A DNA stretch of 64,000 nt from Catajapyx aquilonaris (lineage: Eukaryota). Location of the stretch: assembly GCA_000934665.2 (NCBI GenBank), contig KZ538006.1:1-64000 (forward strand), in the 5' to 3' direction. The position numbers were made by a program, and so were the translations under genes. Each line of letters opens with the position of its first letter. Positions within the stretch are counted from its first letter, which is position 1. Below the pieces are notes generated by a model. The model ran no database searches, was not told the origin of the DNA, and was given only the letters and a program-made list of their open reading frames with translations. This document shows positions 38,072 to 52,000 of this stretch, one piece after another.

Positions 38072-41000
38072 TGTAATAAGAAATACTTCCTACTAATTAC
38101 AGCTCCATACAATGCCCCCCAGTAACTTCAGAAAATTCTACCCCCATACGTCTCTATCTCTTATTCGTCATATGCCGAATCATAACAGTACCAGATTTCA
38201 TTTGCAGCACTCGCACACACATTATTCAAGAGCGGAGTAATTCTGCTACACTCGACTTAGACTCAAGCAGAGTGTAACACGTGAAAGCCAAATGAGCGAA
38301 ATTACCCTCCAAAATTTCGCATCCCTCGAGCTGCTTTGTTTTCAGACATCCGCTAATTAAATTTATACACTAAAAGCAAAAATTTCGTTCCTATTGTTCT
38401 AACCGAGCAAAACGAACGACTTCCGCTTGTTTTCAGGTGGAACGACTCCGATTATATTGACGTTAGTATTGTAAAGCAACTCTGACGGCCTCATTTCCCA
38501 CCCCCTAAAAACGACTGCTCGACACACACACACACATTCTCATTCTTTATCCAGACTGGGGGGAAAAGCCTGGACTCCTGAATAATATTGGCGCCCTCTC
38601 CCCACCTCCCATAATGCCCATCGACGCATATATTCCCCTCCAGTGCGTTTGCACGGCATGTGTGTATAAAATATAAATCAGCAAGAGTCGGTCGATTTGG
38701 ACCTTCCAGTAGGCCTTCCGGAAAGGCAAATACCTGTCGGGCGTGGATTTGACTAGCTGCAGGTTGAAATTCTCACTTCCCACCCCCACACACCCTGGGT
38801 GGTCTACCTGTACACAGGGTGAGTCGAAATATTTGCCTGTGGACAGATTGGCTTAATGCTGGGTACATGAAATGTCAAGCGGACGTCCCTAAGACCTGCA
38901 ATATTCGTATAAATACTCAGCTGTTGGTTGGTTTCTTAGCACACTTGTTTTGAGCCAATCTAGCCACTGGCAGCTGGATGACCTGAGGTTTTGACTCACC
39001 CAGTATAACACAAGAACTGCAAGAGTCATGACCTAATAGAAGCGCCCGTCATAAGAGAGCTGCGGGTTTAGCCATTTGGCGCACACGGCGCGTCGGGCAT
39101 CAGCTAGCCCAACAGGCATATTCACATAGAGAGTGACCCCCGAGGGCAGGACCTTTAACCTCACATCCGTAATGGCTGGGGACCAGGAAGTGAAGCGTTC
39201 GATAATGGACTCCCGGGGAAAACTACGCTCCCAACTTTTTTTGTGTGTTGTTGGCATGGACCGGTACTGTACCTCCCCCCCCTTTTTTTGCATTGTCTTT
39301 CTCATAGGGTGTGTCACCTGGCGCGGTAAGTGTTGACGACCCCTTTGTGACAAGCGCTAAATGAGTGCAATGTGCATGCTGGCAAATTGCGCTACTCCCT
39401 TGACCCGAGAATTGCAGAGGGCGTTAATGAAAGATACTGTACACTGTTTATGCACTGACACCACAGCAGAGAGCTATACAGAGGGATCGCTTGGCTGCAA
39501 AGGTAAGGCTTGACCTGAATTATGACATTGTTAATGGCGGGCCTATTAGGACATAAAGAACTCTGCTGACTTTCCTGGCCCGACTTTGCGTGCTGACTCC
39601 CTGAGAGAAATGAAACTTCTAAGGACAATAAATTTTCAGCTCTTGGTGGGTTGCATATAAAATGCAAATGAATTATGTACATGCTCGTTCGCCACCTCTT
39701 TATGCATGTCCACGTTATTACAGTGTATTTAACTGCTCTGCAATAATGAATCGGACTGTAAGTTACAGGACGTGTACGGAGTATTTGACGCAAAATAATG
39801 GCTACTTTGTTGTATAGTACTCATCATGTATGCAAGGAATTATCAGAACAAACATGGCGTCGTCGATATGGTCACGCCTCTGGTGGTGGACACTCTGAAC
39901 CATATCAGTGGAGACAGCCGAAATGGGAAGCCAAGCAGGGGCATGAGGGGGAATGGGGGGTGGAAAAAGAAGGTAAAAATGTTGGAAGGGGCGTAGATCC
40001 ACGCGTCACCCATTAGCATGATTTATTCATGCCTCCAGTGGTCGCCAGGGAGTCGTTTCGACTACCTGGCGGCGAGGCAGGCAGGGCCAGGCCTTCGATA
40101 CCTATATTCCAACTACAGTATCTACAACGTTTGCATCCAGCTTTGGATTGTAGGCTGCAGAAGCAATATCAAGAATATGGTCCTTTTCACGCTTTGTGTT
40201 TACGGTACTATAGGGACTTTGTTGCAGAGCATAACTGCAAAAACACTGTTAAAAACCGACCAGCTGGTAGCAATTTATGATTTCGTGCGAATAATTCCGC
40301 AACATTTCATACAAAATGTCAGATAACATCCAATATTGTATATTGATTCGTAATTTAATTATTTTTTAGCATATTTCAGAATATATGGCCTGGCGGACTA
40401 TGGCTAACTTGTTGCTTTCTCCGGGGTTTTTTTTGCGCCTCCTATAATTTGCATTCGCTAGAAAATTCAGCACGTCGATTCATGGATACATGTTCGGTTA
40501 TAATGGCCGGTAAAGTGCGCCAACAACATACCAGAAAATTATGCAAGTAAGCATCTTACTAATAGGTCTAAAGGCGTTAATTAATCCTTTCTCTCTCCCA
40601 CCAATAAAAAAGCAAAGTTCCTGAACCGTCTCGACTGGAAAAGCAGGGTAGTAATATTCCACGCCTCACACATTTTCCCCCAATTCACAAAACAATTAAA
40701 ATTCATTCCTCCTTTTGCCGGCGTTGCTCCTTGTCAACTTGCTTAATAAATAACCAGAGCCGGCCATAAGATAATTACAACATCTGTTATTGGGATCCAG
40801 GATTATGCCAAGGCAGGCTCTCCCCGTCAACCCATGTCTGCCCTCCTAACAACTTCCCCTGGATTTAACAGCTGTGTCGAGCCAGCCTGGAGAATGTCGC
40901 CGACTTCCTTTCTTGCCCCCCCCCCCCCTCCACCCACCTTCAACCCACCAAGACGTCAGTTTGTCAGAAAGCGGCTCCGTTTTATACAAGTTTTGTCCCC

Positions 41001-41339
41001 CCAAATTTTCATTACGTGTGCTGTAAACTTCACTGAATTATCACTAAATGGGCGGTTTTGTTGATCCTGCCATTTTTTTTTCTGTATAGTGCGATGCGGA
41101 AACCAGATATGTACTTGCCATTGCAGGCTCCTTGCATGAGAATTGCGGAGCTGTGCATCATGCTGTCGTGACCAAGAATTGCAATTACAGGGGGGGTTGC
41201 ATTGTATATCACAGGTCAGCGTCACATCATTACTCAGGTGTAATATGGTCGGAATAATACGGACAACCAGGATAATAATGGATAGCCCAAGCGTATGAGT
41301 AGAGATAAGCGGTGTAGAAAGAGCCTTGGCCGAGATATA

Positions 41340-41399
41340 CCCTGTACCGGAAATCGAATCCGGGACCTCCCGATGTAACACCCACTACGCTAGGCCGCC
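41340..41399 (-). mobile_element. tRNA-derived element (SINE head or tRNA pseudogene) with Pol III A and B boxes
   Basis: The minus strand reads GGCGGCC TAGCGTAGTGG GTGTTACATCGG GAGGTC CCGGA-TTCGATT-TCCGG TACAGGG. The A box starts at tRNA position 8, and there is a perfect 5-bp T-stem with a TTCGATT loop. The anticodon arm is largely missing and the acceptor stem does not pair, so this is not a functional tRNA. Confidence 0.7.
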
Positions 41400-44300
41400 T
41401 TGGTATAATTTGGGTTTAATCGACCCTCTACCTCAGGCAACTTTAGGCCTAACCAGGATTCTCTATAAAGGCAATAAGCAGTTTTGTCTCGAAAGTCTGA
41501 AATGTTATATCACTTCTCCAAATTTAAAAAAATGAACTAAATTTCCACTAAATTTTATCTCAAAATAGCTGAAACACTCACACAGCACCAAACAAGTAGT
41601 TAGTTGCAATTATTTTTCCTGCCCTAGTAAATCCTGTACTTTCATTACCACGTATATTATTGGAAAATGCTTAAAATAATACGTACTCTCTCACCTGAGC
41701 CTGCAATACGAGGCCAGTGGCCAGACTTAACCTTTCCGTTGAATAAAATATATGTTTATAAACAGAGCAATTTTTTATTAAACGCAAGCCACAAATGTTG
41801 CCTTAAATAGAGCGCATATACTCCTGTTATATTTATGGCAATACAGTGCTATTCACGCGCATTATTGCAACAAAGCCAAATTTTTGCTATTCCAACGGCC
41901 CTTATTCCCTTCAGGTGTTTCTAAAAAGTTTAGTATTCTGCCAAAAAAGGTAAAGTGGCATCCCGTAGTTCAGAGGTTAAAACTGCAGGAGGTCCGGTTG
42001 GGGAGTAAGCTGACATAACTCACACAGTTCTAAAAAAATAAAAAATAAAAACAATCCAATGCTATGCCTCTCTCACCCAGTCAATTTTTTTCTCTTTTTC
42101 TCCCACTTCCCCATGAATATAACACGAAGCTGGAGTCCTCGGTCTCGCCTGTTCCTGTCCTTCTTTTGTACAGCCCTGAGCCTAAAATCTGTCAAGTGGC
42201 CACTGCAACAAAGCTTGCAGACACGACCAAAAAATGACACAAAAAAACCTTCACCCAGCGCACCTGAAAACCCAATTTTTAGTTCCGGCAAAGTGCCAAA
42301 AAATTCTAGCAGAAAGGTTGGCAAAGGCCATCTATATTCACCCAGCAGGACTAATTTCCAGTGTCCCATGTAGATAAGGACCCCCCCCCNCCCACTTCTA
42401 TTCCCTCCCCCCTTTAGGCTTGCGGCAGTTCGAAAGAGCTTTTTGTGATTTATGCCCTACAAAAAGTGAGGGGGGGTTGAGAAAAAGGGCGGCAAAGTGC
42501 AAGGAAGAGAACCCCCCCTCAATATTGTTGGAGCACTATATAGAGCAAACTCTGTGAATTAACATGAGGTGTTTGGTCATGAGTAATAAGTTGAAATTGG
42601 TATAGTTTACGCCAAAGTTTGGTGAGGCTGAAACTCGGCTTATTATTTTTGGGAGTGGGGGAGATGGCAGGTATGTATATGACGTGAGTTGCAAAACTGA
42701 GGTCTTTTCTATATAGTCAAGCATGTTTACTACTGGAGGTTCAAATGTGGGGTGGTCTGGATTGCTGGTCGTGGCACTTTGGTAGGGCCGTTGGGAGGTC
42801 GGTGGTTGGCCTCAGGCCTCGAAGCTTATAAACTCCAGTGCTGATCTGATGGCTGGACAGGTACACAACCGCGGATGGATGGACCTGCATGTTTAATAGC
42901 ATGGGAGAATTTATAATGCGGATCTCCTAAGGGTATTGCTCTAAAGAACAGTAGTTCTTAATCTTCAGGCAGAGTGGCGCTAGTGTACTTGTTAGTACCA
43001 ATTCCCACCGCAGGCATCTCGCGCAGTAATTCGCGACAATGATTTAACGCACTGTTTTATTCTCTACTAAATTGTCGGACAAAGTGCACCGGTGTGTTGC
43101 GCTCGCAATTAAATGCGTGCATAATTACTCCGCAACCGCTTAATGCGCATTGCGCTTCTAGCAAATATCCCAGAGTTCTCCTTTTACACCTACTTACTGT
43201 CAGCCAAAGAATTCACACTTGGTCGCGAATGACGCAAAAAAATAATTCCAAGAACAAGACAGGATTTAGGGGTGTGTGACATTCGTGTGTAAGGCATATC
43301 CATCGTTAGGAAGTGGGTTTAGAGGAGACTTGCTGGTGGGTTGGTGAGGGGGACGAATTTATGGGAGCCAATACTTAGGAAAAGGAGCCCAGCACACAGG
43401 TGAACTGAAGGGTAAAAGTGGTTATGAGTTTTCTTTTCAAGCATAAGGTTACGCGATGACGATCATCAGATAAGATAGGCGTCGACGTGAGCTTAGGGTT
43501 TGCATGTGATAACAAGGTGCCCTGTAGTACAATGGTGGAACTCCATTTGCACGAAGATGGCCACCGGGTAGGTAGAATCAAGGTTTAATTTTTCATAGGT
43601 CCACTAGGGGCCATCAGACTGGCCGGTTGTTGCTTCTCGCAGCCCCATGCCCCCCTGAGTAATTTTAGAGCACATGCCTCTGTTGGAAATGGTCAAGAAG
43701 CGAAAAGCGATTCCGGGGGAGCCAAAAAAACGTTCGCATGTTTTTGTTGACTTGCGATAAAGCAATGGAATTTTTCTCTAGACTTCCGGTCAGCGGATCT
43801 GGAAAAAAAAACAATGCTGCTGAAAGGTCCTGCGAAGCAGCAATAATTTAGATTAGAGGAATGGGGACTGCCAATTTTTATGCCCGGACGGAATTTTGGC
43901 TGGGTGTCCCGGAATTAAGGGGGACTTATTTGGGACACACAGTAACCGGGGATTGAAAAGCAGGAAAGCAATTCCGTCCCGATAACGCATAATTAATGCA
44001 GCTGGCAGTGGTATACCGCACGAATTACTGTACAACGTAATGGTTGATTGGCAACAGTGACGCAATTTTTTTTTAATGGCGGGAGGATATGTAGGTCAAC
44101 AGTGTGTTTGATCAGAATGAGCCTCGTGGAATTAAAAATTTAAAAAAAACCGCACGCAAATGAAATTATGTCACACTATTAGGTCAATTGGTGAAGTCCG
44201 CAATATGGCGACGTTTCGTATCAGATGTGAAACAGTCGGTCATAATACACGCTTAATTACATTTTTCTGCAAAAATGTTAGATTTGCGTCTAATATCCAC

Positions 44301-47300
44301 ATAAACTCATTCACCAATTAATGGCCAAAAGGCTTGTAAATTACAACGCCTAAGTGCTCACAGTTCTGCAGACATCCTGTGCTCTGCATGCCAAGTACTT
44401 CCGGTGTCATGCACCTCAACCTACTGCATTAATATACAATGTATATTATACTCAACAGCCCCAAGTCATGTTCATAATCAGATACATCAGGCACTGCACT
44501 GCGCACCAAAAAATCATGTTGCACTTCTCTCTAGTCAAAAACTATAATTTGTCACGTTCCATTGAAAGCCCCACGACCGCTCTCCATTCGCTCCAAAAAT
44601 TTACTGGGTTCCACCTTAGGACTGCAATAAAGTTTGTCGGCAAGACGCCATTAAACCCAACTGCAACGCGACAGTCGCTACCCGCCTCCACTATTTTTCC
44701 TTTCAAACTCTTGCCCCAAACCCTGCAAAAAAAAAAATCTGCTTTTTTTTTTTTGGAAAGGACCAGAAGGGCCTGAAGCCAAATTAGGGCAGTGTCCCTG
44801 ATCCAAGCAGACGCGGATCCCGTCGGACAGAGAATTCCCCTGCCGCTATTCAATTACGGCATAATGATCCACCCCTCCTCCTCCTCCTCCTCCCCCCTTC
44901 CTTTCTCCCTTTCCCTGCTTAACCTACCGATGGAGTTTTCTCCGCAAAATTGAGCAAAGGGACATTGGAACAGCAGCCGCCGCCACGCCTTGCATCTCTC
45001 TCTCTCTCTCCCTGAAGTCGCATCCTTCGAACTCCCTTCCCTTATTAAGTATTTCCACCAGGTTTACGAGCCTTCCTTTTTCTTCCTTCGGGGGGTCCCT
45101 GCTGGGGATATATTTATCAAAACGGCCCATTTCGGGTGCGGAAGTTGGGAATGTCTATTCGTCTGTCTCTCTGTCGCGTCTCGTTTTCTACGGATTGTAT
45201 ATATAACAGAGGCTTGAGAGACACATACGTACACATGTCGCACCTGCAGGTGTTGGCTGACTGCGGTTTGTACTTGCTGCACAGCCGGTTCATGAGATAT
45301 TCATGCTCTGGGTCCAGGTATAATGTGGCCCTACCCAATCATTAGTTATAATTCAGCGGTTATCGGACTAAGGCGACATGTCCTGTAATGTTGTGTTATG
45401 GCAGGAGTTTTTTCGTGGGTGTGGTGCTGTCCTGGTGTATATTTATGCGATAAGCCGAGTAGTAAAGTATTCTGCAAAAACAGTTGAGAATTTCGCATTG
45501 ATCATATTGTACGTATATTACTTTGTACATGCGTAAGAATAAACTTAGTTAGTATATGCAGTCTGGCGTACTATCGCGAGCAAACCGATACGACTGATCA
45601 TGGAAACATCGAATAATCCGACCTAGTTGACTCTAGACTCCTCCCAACAATAATACTACAGAACAAACCTGCTATAGATGAATTTTTTATGGGCGCAACC
45701 GACTGCGCACCACAGTTCGCGCAGATTGCAGGGTTGGCATTATTAGTGATATATGGGAAGCTCTCTGTATAAGTGGATGGACTGGTGAATTAGCGCTGCA
45801 CTTGTTTCCAACGCTACACGCTTGGGAGAGAACAGTATGGCTGACATTTGCGACATTGCCAAGGCTGTAGTCTTCAGTGTGTACAGTAGTAGAAGCCATT
45901 AGTCACATAAAAAGAGCAAGAATGTAATTGATTTCCCGGTGTTACTAGCTGCACAACTCAGTAATTGAACTGAATTAGTACTGCAAAATTCAATTTAGCC
46001 AAGTGATGAGTTTGCTCCTTTCAAAGTTGAATACTTTTAATCATGCGACACGCTCCCACATATATTTGTACCGAGCATTACTCCGTGCACTACACTTGAT
46101 CTCAAGCGGCCATAAATACATTTTGCACGCACCAAAGTTATTAGCGCGCAAACTGCTATAAATACCGTTCAAAAAAACGCCCAGTTAAGGGCCCTCAAAA
46201 CACGCAGTTTTAATAAGGTCAGGTAGGACGTCGCGAATCATACCGGTTATCAGGCAGGTACAGCAAAGTCCGGACACGGCGCGACACCCTCCGTTTTTCT
46301 ACCGGGTTGATATGCGACATGTTGTGCCTTCGCCCCCCTAATAGAAGCCAACCATTCCCCATGTGAAATGAATGAGTGGAAACCTTTTGATCTATGAAAA
46401 CATCAAAGAGCGTGTGTGAGGGTTTTTTTTCTTCTTTTTTTTTTATACCTCTACCCCCCTATACCACCCGCTACCCCTAACCCGCAAATCCGGCAACATG
46501 CGCGGGGATTCCAATGGCCGGATGAGCAATGCTACTTCCGCTGGAGCTAATCACTCATCGCCAGTTGAGCAAATGGGATTCCTGAAAGTCCATCTTTTCA
46601 GAGCACCACGCCGGATTACTTTTTTTTTTCTGGGTGGGAACTGGGTTGAGTCACTCAATAATTCAGTCCCAGGAAGACTCTCAAGTTCAACAGCATACAA
46701 TAATGGGGATGGACTTGAAGGGTAAATAGTGCTACAGGATTTGCGAAAGCTCCCTTAAAAATGTGTGTGCTATTTTAATTTGTAATTAATTAGAGCCATT
46801 AGAAAGTGATAACTATACTGTAGTGTCTAGGTCTTTAGGGGCGTAATTAGCGAGTTAGGCGGTGATTAAAATATCGTGAAATATCATGATATCGTGGAGC
46901 TGTAAACATTAATTGGACAGTGTTCGCAATAATGTGCCAACCCACAAAAAATGTCAAAATTGAGTTAAGCCCAGTAACATATACTCAAAGGATCGTACGT
47001 CATTCAGTTAAAATCAAGCTGGAGAAATTTGCATACTTCTGCCATAAATGAACGAAAAGTTAACCTACAAAAATGGTGTGCGTTATTTTAAGCCATATCC
47101 GCTCAAAAACTTTGACAAAATTCCTCTTGAATGATGTCAGTCAATCCTAATTCTCCCAACCTAACATACCCATAAAATTTTACGCAACCATGTCGCTCAA
47201 CTGGCTTGATAAAAATGCTGTCCCCCAAATTATTAACCCAAAAAACCTAAACTGTCTGGACGACCTATTAACAATCATGCAAATGAATAATTCTGGTGTA

Positions 47301-48998
47301 CAAAACAGCCACCCCTGACGACCTACCCAATAATTAACGCCACTTTGTAGCACATGGCGTAACAGAGCAGACTCTGAATGTTAATTTCTTCCTCTCTCTT
47401 TTTTTTTTAATCCGTCCCCTCTGTGTGTGTGAGTGTGTGTGTGTCCTCAGGTGAACACGCATGCAATTGCGGGCAAAGGCCCCCCCGGCCGCTTTAGTAG
47501 CCTAACAACCCAGTTTCCCCCGCAGCCTCTAATCACCATAATGCACTTGAGATCACGCGCCCTAGGGGTATATATCCCCCCCCCCTTCCACCTCTCACTA
47601 TACATACACGCATGCAGATGATGACGCATGAATTGAAGTAACCACTCCCTTTTTTCCAAAAAATGGCCCCACCCAATCTTCTGCGGGTAGGACGGGCCAA
47701 AATGTACAGTCCGGAGTGACAAATAAATTGCCGCCTCACTGGGGTAATCCGGTGGGGGATGATTAGAGTCGGGATTAGCGCTTGGGCCTAACGCCAAATT
47801 TATTATGGAAAGCAACACCGACAGCTGCCGATTTGTCTTAATTTGAAGGCGGGGGGAAGCTCTAATGAAGGTCAATGTAACAGTGGGTAGCAAAAAAAAA
47901 TGGCAGTATTTTTGCGACATTGCCAGGTGCATCTCGTGACCTGTGATTGTCCATCCACTTAAATCATTTATTGGGCCTGCTATCGCAAAAGCCCCGGCAT
48001 TCAGCTGTCAGTCCCGCGGAATCGGGCGCTCAAATATCCCCCCCAAAATCAATTCCCACATCCTACACGCAAAACTCGCGGGGATCACACATGTCCTCTA
48101 ATGGGACTTTAATCCTGAACCGTTCCACCCAAAAAATGTTTGCATATACGCAATATACACGCACACGACTCAGGTGTGTACTATACATGGTATATATAAA
48201 CATGGGGGTGCGACAGGCTCCCAAATTAAACCCTAGATCCCTCAGGGATCTAAAGACTGGGATCTGGATTCGATTTAGATGCGACGTGTGATTCGAGAGT
48301 TTCATTGATGTGGAGGATTTTCAAGCTTCCATCCAGTATTTTTTTGGAGGGATGCTACGGTAGCTCCAAAGAGGAGGATGGTGGGGCGTGAGAGAATCGC
48401 ATGTGTACCGCCCCTCTAATAAGCCTATTGAAGGAAACTAATTACTTCCCGTCGTCGATGTGCAGTTTAGTAATAATTTCCCTCTTGCTGTTCCTCCGGA
48501 AAATCGACTTTCTCGGTTGGCATCACTTGATCCCCTCCTGCTTCTCTGCTTTTATTTCATTCATGGAAAAAAAAGCGGATTGTATCCTGCAGCGTCCTAC
48601 ATATAGTACACTATGTAAGTTCTGCTCATAAAATTAATTTACAAAATAATTTGGGCATATCTGTATGTAGCAGTACACTATGTTAGTTGTGATTATTAAA
48701 TTTAAATTTAAAAATAATTGGGGGCATATGTAGGTGAGATCATTTCCCAGCCAGTCAAATCTGGGCATACTAATGTCCCCAGAGGTTTCCTCCAGCTAAT
48801 CATTCACGCCAGGATGGTTCGGAAGATCATTTCCCACTCGGAACGCCTTGGGGTCACTCGCAAACTCTCTTCCAACGCTATTACAGGCAGCGCCGGCCCC
48901 CTAACAAATGCATGGAACTGCGCCCTGTACAAACCGTCGAGCCTGACATCTGCAAACACGGTCCCTCCTTCGGATGTTGACTCACGTCACCCGCACGC

Positions 48999-49001
<3 letters not shown>

Positions 49002-49036
<35 letters not shown>
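49002..49036. repeat. (TC)n microsatellite, ~17 units
   Basis: Uninterrupted tctctc run. Confidence 0.95.
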
Positions 49037-49038
<2 letters not shown>

Positions 49039-52000
49039 ACCACCCCCCCTCAACCACCCCAGTTCTGGCCCGGGACATGGACACATACATGCCAACATAT
49101 AATTATACAGGTAGAGCCCTCCTTACATATGCACTCTGATATGCACACTCTTGGGAAATGTTCTGCTTGTGTCAATGTTTTCTGCGTGTCATGTCACCGA
49201 GAGGAATTTGGGACCAAACCTTAGTGCCACCCAGAGTGGCAATCGAATTTCGATTGCTTGTACGGCCAGGTGGTTCTTGAGTCAAAATTGACCGAGATAA
49301 ATGGCGGCATCGGAACTTGGGTATTGGCTTTCAAATTGTTGCAATTGGCTTTCATAATGTCGACAGGGAGATTAACCAGGGGTAACTAGTTGGCCAAGTT
49401 CATATTCGGCTAGCGAATGGAGCGGAAACGTCCATTACAGAATTAGAATTTTCAGTGTACGAGTACAGTATGTATCATCGGGAATTTTTCTGAATAGGCT
49501 ATAAGCTTTCACTATACTATGCAAAGTGTCTCGTTAGTAAAAGATCAACTTTAGCATAACTAAATTTTTGCTGCATTACTAAACGTGCAATTAATTTTGC
49601 AGGTTGTTGAGAAGGAGATTCCTGGAACTCCAGCGGCAGTGCTCCAGGTCATACCAGTACTGTAATACAAATATGTGAAAATCAACGCTCAGCTTCCGTT
49701 ACCTTAAAGCCTATAACAATTTCCACTCCAGGACATTATGTAATCACGAAGGAAATTAAATTATCCTTTGACTCACCGAAAACTTGTACGCACTTGACAT
49801 TGTACTTCAGCCATTTGCGTTTGAAAAGGTCAACAAACTTACTGTTACGCAAGAACTAATCTCGAGGAGTACCTGTACACACATACTCAGGCAAAATGCT
49901 TCTTCCAACTATAACATTATTCGATTGGCGGAGAGGTCGTCAACACCCAAACCACATGGCGCGGATCAAGTCACGTACTTCAGATAGGTCACGTATGATC
50001 ATACTTTCTTCATGCACACTTCCCCATCACGACATCTTAAGCAAACGGCACGCACTTTTTGGGGTCGATTTCTCAGGGGCAGCATATAAAGGAACCTCCA
50101 GAGAGTAACAGAATACTTTGGGGGGTAAAGTGATCGACGGGAATAATTACAGTTTGGAGCACAGAATAACAGGTAACCAACGGCCAGTGAGAAAACGTTC
50201 AAGCGGGCTGCCAATTTATTACTTCCGCCTTAAAGAGCGGCGTGCTTTTCTGATCATCGGTTAATAAGACAAAAGCGACCTTATTAATTGGTGCACAATA
50301 AACTGCTATTTTTTGCGGTTTGTGTCTCTATATGTTTGCAAATTTTTGGCATCATCTGTTCCTTCTCCATCAGATTGCTATCAATATTGCAGAGCATCAG
50401 CATGCAATCCCCGTTCCCGGATTATGCCCCCCACTCCCGTAACCGAAAAAATGACCCTGACCATTTTTGTACAAATCGGAATGAATCCGAGGAAAATCGC
50501 CTGTTCGTGTCACTCTTCCTTCTGGCTGCACTGAACCCAATGTATTTATGATTAACCCTCACCGGTTCCGCTTTTTCCCAGAAAATGTGCAGCGCTATCA
50601 TTTCCAATGATTGAAACCGACGCCCCCCTCCCCCCCCCCCAAAAAAAAGAGGTTGGTGTCCCCTGGACCGAACCCAAACCCCCCCCACTTCCGAAAAAGC
50701 CGGTTGACAAATCGTACTCGGGGCAACAATCGCCAATTTGCACACGGGACCAGCGCCGTTTCGGTTTTCACATTTGTAGCCAATTAGTGCGATGCTCCGT
50801 GTGACATCGGGGGACAAGTGCGAAAAACGTTCGAGCGTTGTTGCCGACGCCGACCGTGTCAATAATATTATGACAACCTCGCTTTGTGTGGGGGGGAGGT
50901 CCTGACCCCAATTGTGACCCGATTGTTTTGGGAGGCGACGAAGGAGGCGATGGTGATATGGATCCCTTTCCTTGAACTGTGACCAGCACCTGTTTGCATT
51001 CTGATATCGATTGCGCTTTACCCGTCACCAAAAATATAATACATATTATTTATTTATTCCCAACAAGAATTGGGTACATAAATAAATAAACACACGCAGA
51101 ATTAATTTGAAGCGAGCAACAATGTGCGTGGGCCATTAAGTGATGAATATGTAAGTAGGCATATAAACTACTATTCCTAATTGGCTTTTTAATCTGGATT
51201 ATCAAAATGGATTCGGTTAATCGCAGAGCGGGATTACGGTCAGAGCTTTCCGGTTTCATCTATTAGTAAACAATATGCGGCGCAGTGTGTGGAACAAGGC
51301 AACATGCGGAAAAACCAGCCGGATTTCGATGGGTTAATATTAAGCAAGGATACTTCAGTGTGTACTGTTCCACTTTTCATTCTGGTTTAGGCTGAAATAT
51401 CAAGCTTGCCAGAACTTGTGTGAGGTGCGGCAGTGTTGCTCATAAAAAATGTACGCTTCCATGTCTCGTTGTTATTTGGGAGCATGCAAGAGCAGGCTTT
51501 GACCCATGCGTTTATACCGGGGGGGGCATGAGAATTTTTTAAAAAAAGAGCGCGTTTTTCTACACAATGTTTGCGTAATGCTTGTAATTAGTCAACCTGG
51601 CCTCCGTGTAAATCCTACCAGTTTCAATTCACGTTGACAGCCCCGCAATAATTCTGCATCAACTCCGCTCTTAGCCAAATTGGTGCCAAGTTTTAATCAA
51701 AACGCATCTAGAGTGTTGGCAGGACAAGGAAAGGGATCGTTTTATTCTATTGCACCTAGAATAAATTGCTGAAGAAAGTTTCAGGAGTTTGGCACACTGT
51801 CCATTTTTTTTAAAAATGGAGGAGGATTTCACTCCTTAAACTTTCAACCGGCTCACCCTTGAAACGCGCTAAATCCAAAGTCCACTGGACGGTATATCAC
51901 CAGCACCCGCACTGACACACCCCACCACCAGGGCAGTGCATTGTCAAATCCGCATTTAAAAAATAAATTAAAATTTGATCTCAGAATAACCGGACACTAC

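Noticed and set aside
42767..42813. Second possible tRNA/SINE head (TGGCACTTTGGTAGGGC...GAGGTCGGTGGTTGG)
   Set aside because: The B box is degenerate and there is no T-stem pairing, so the evidence is insufficient.
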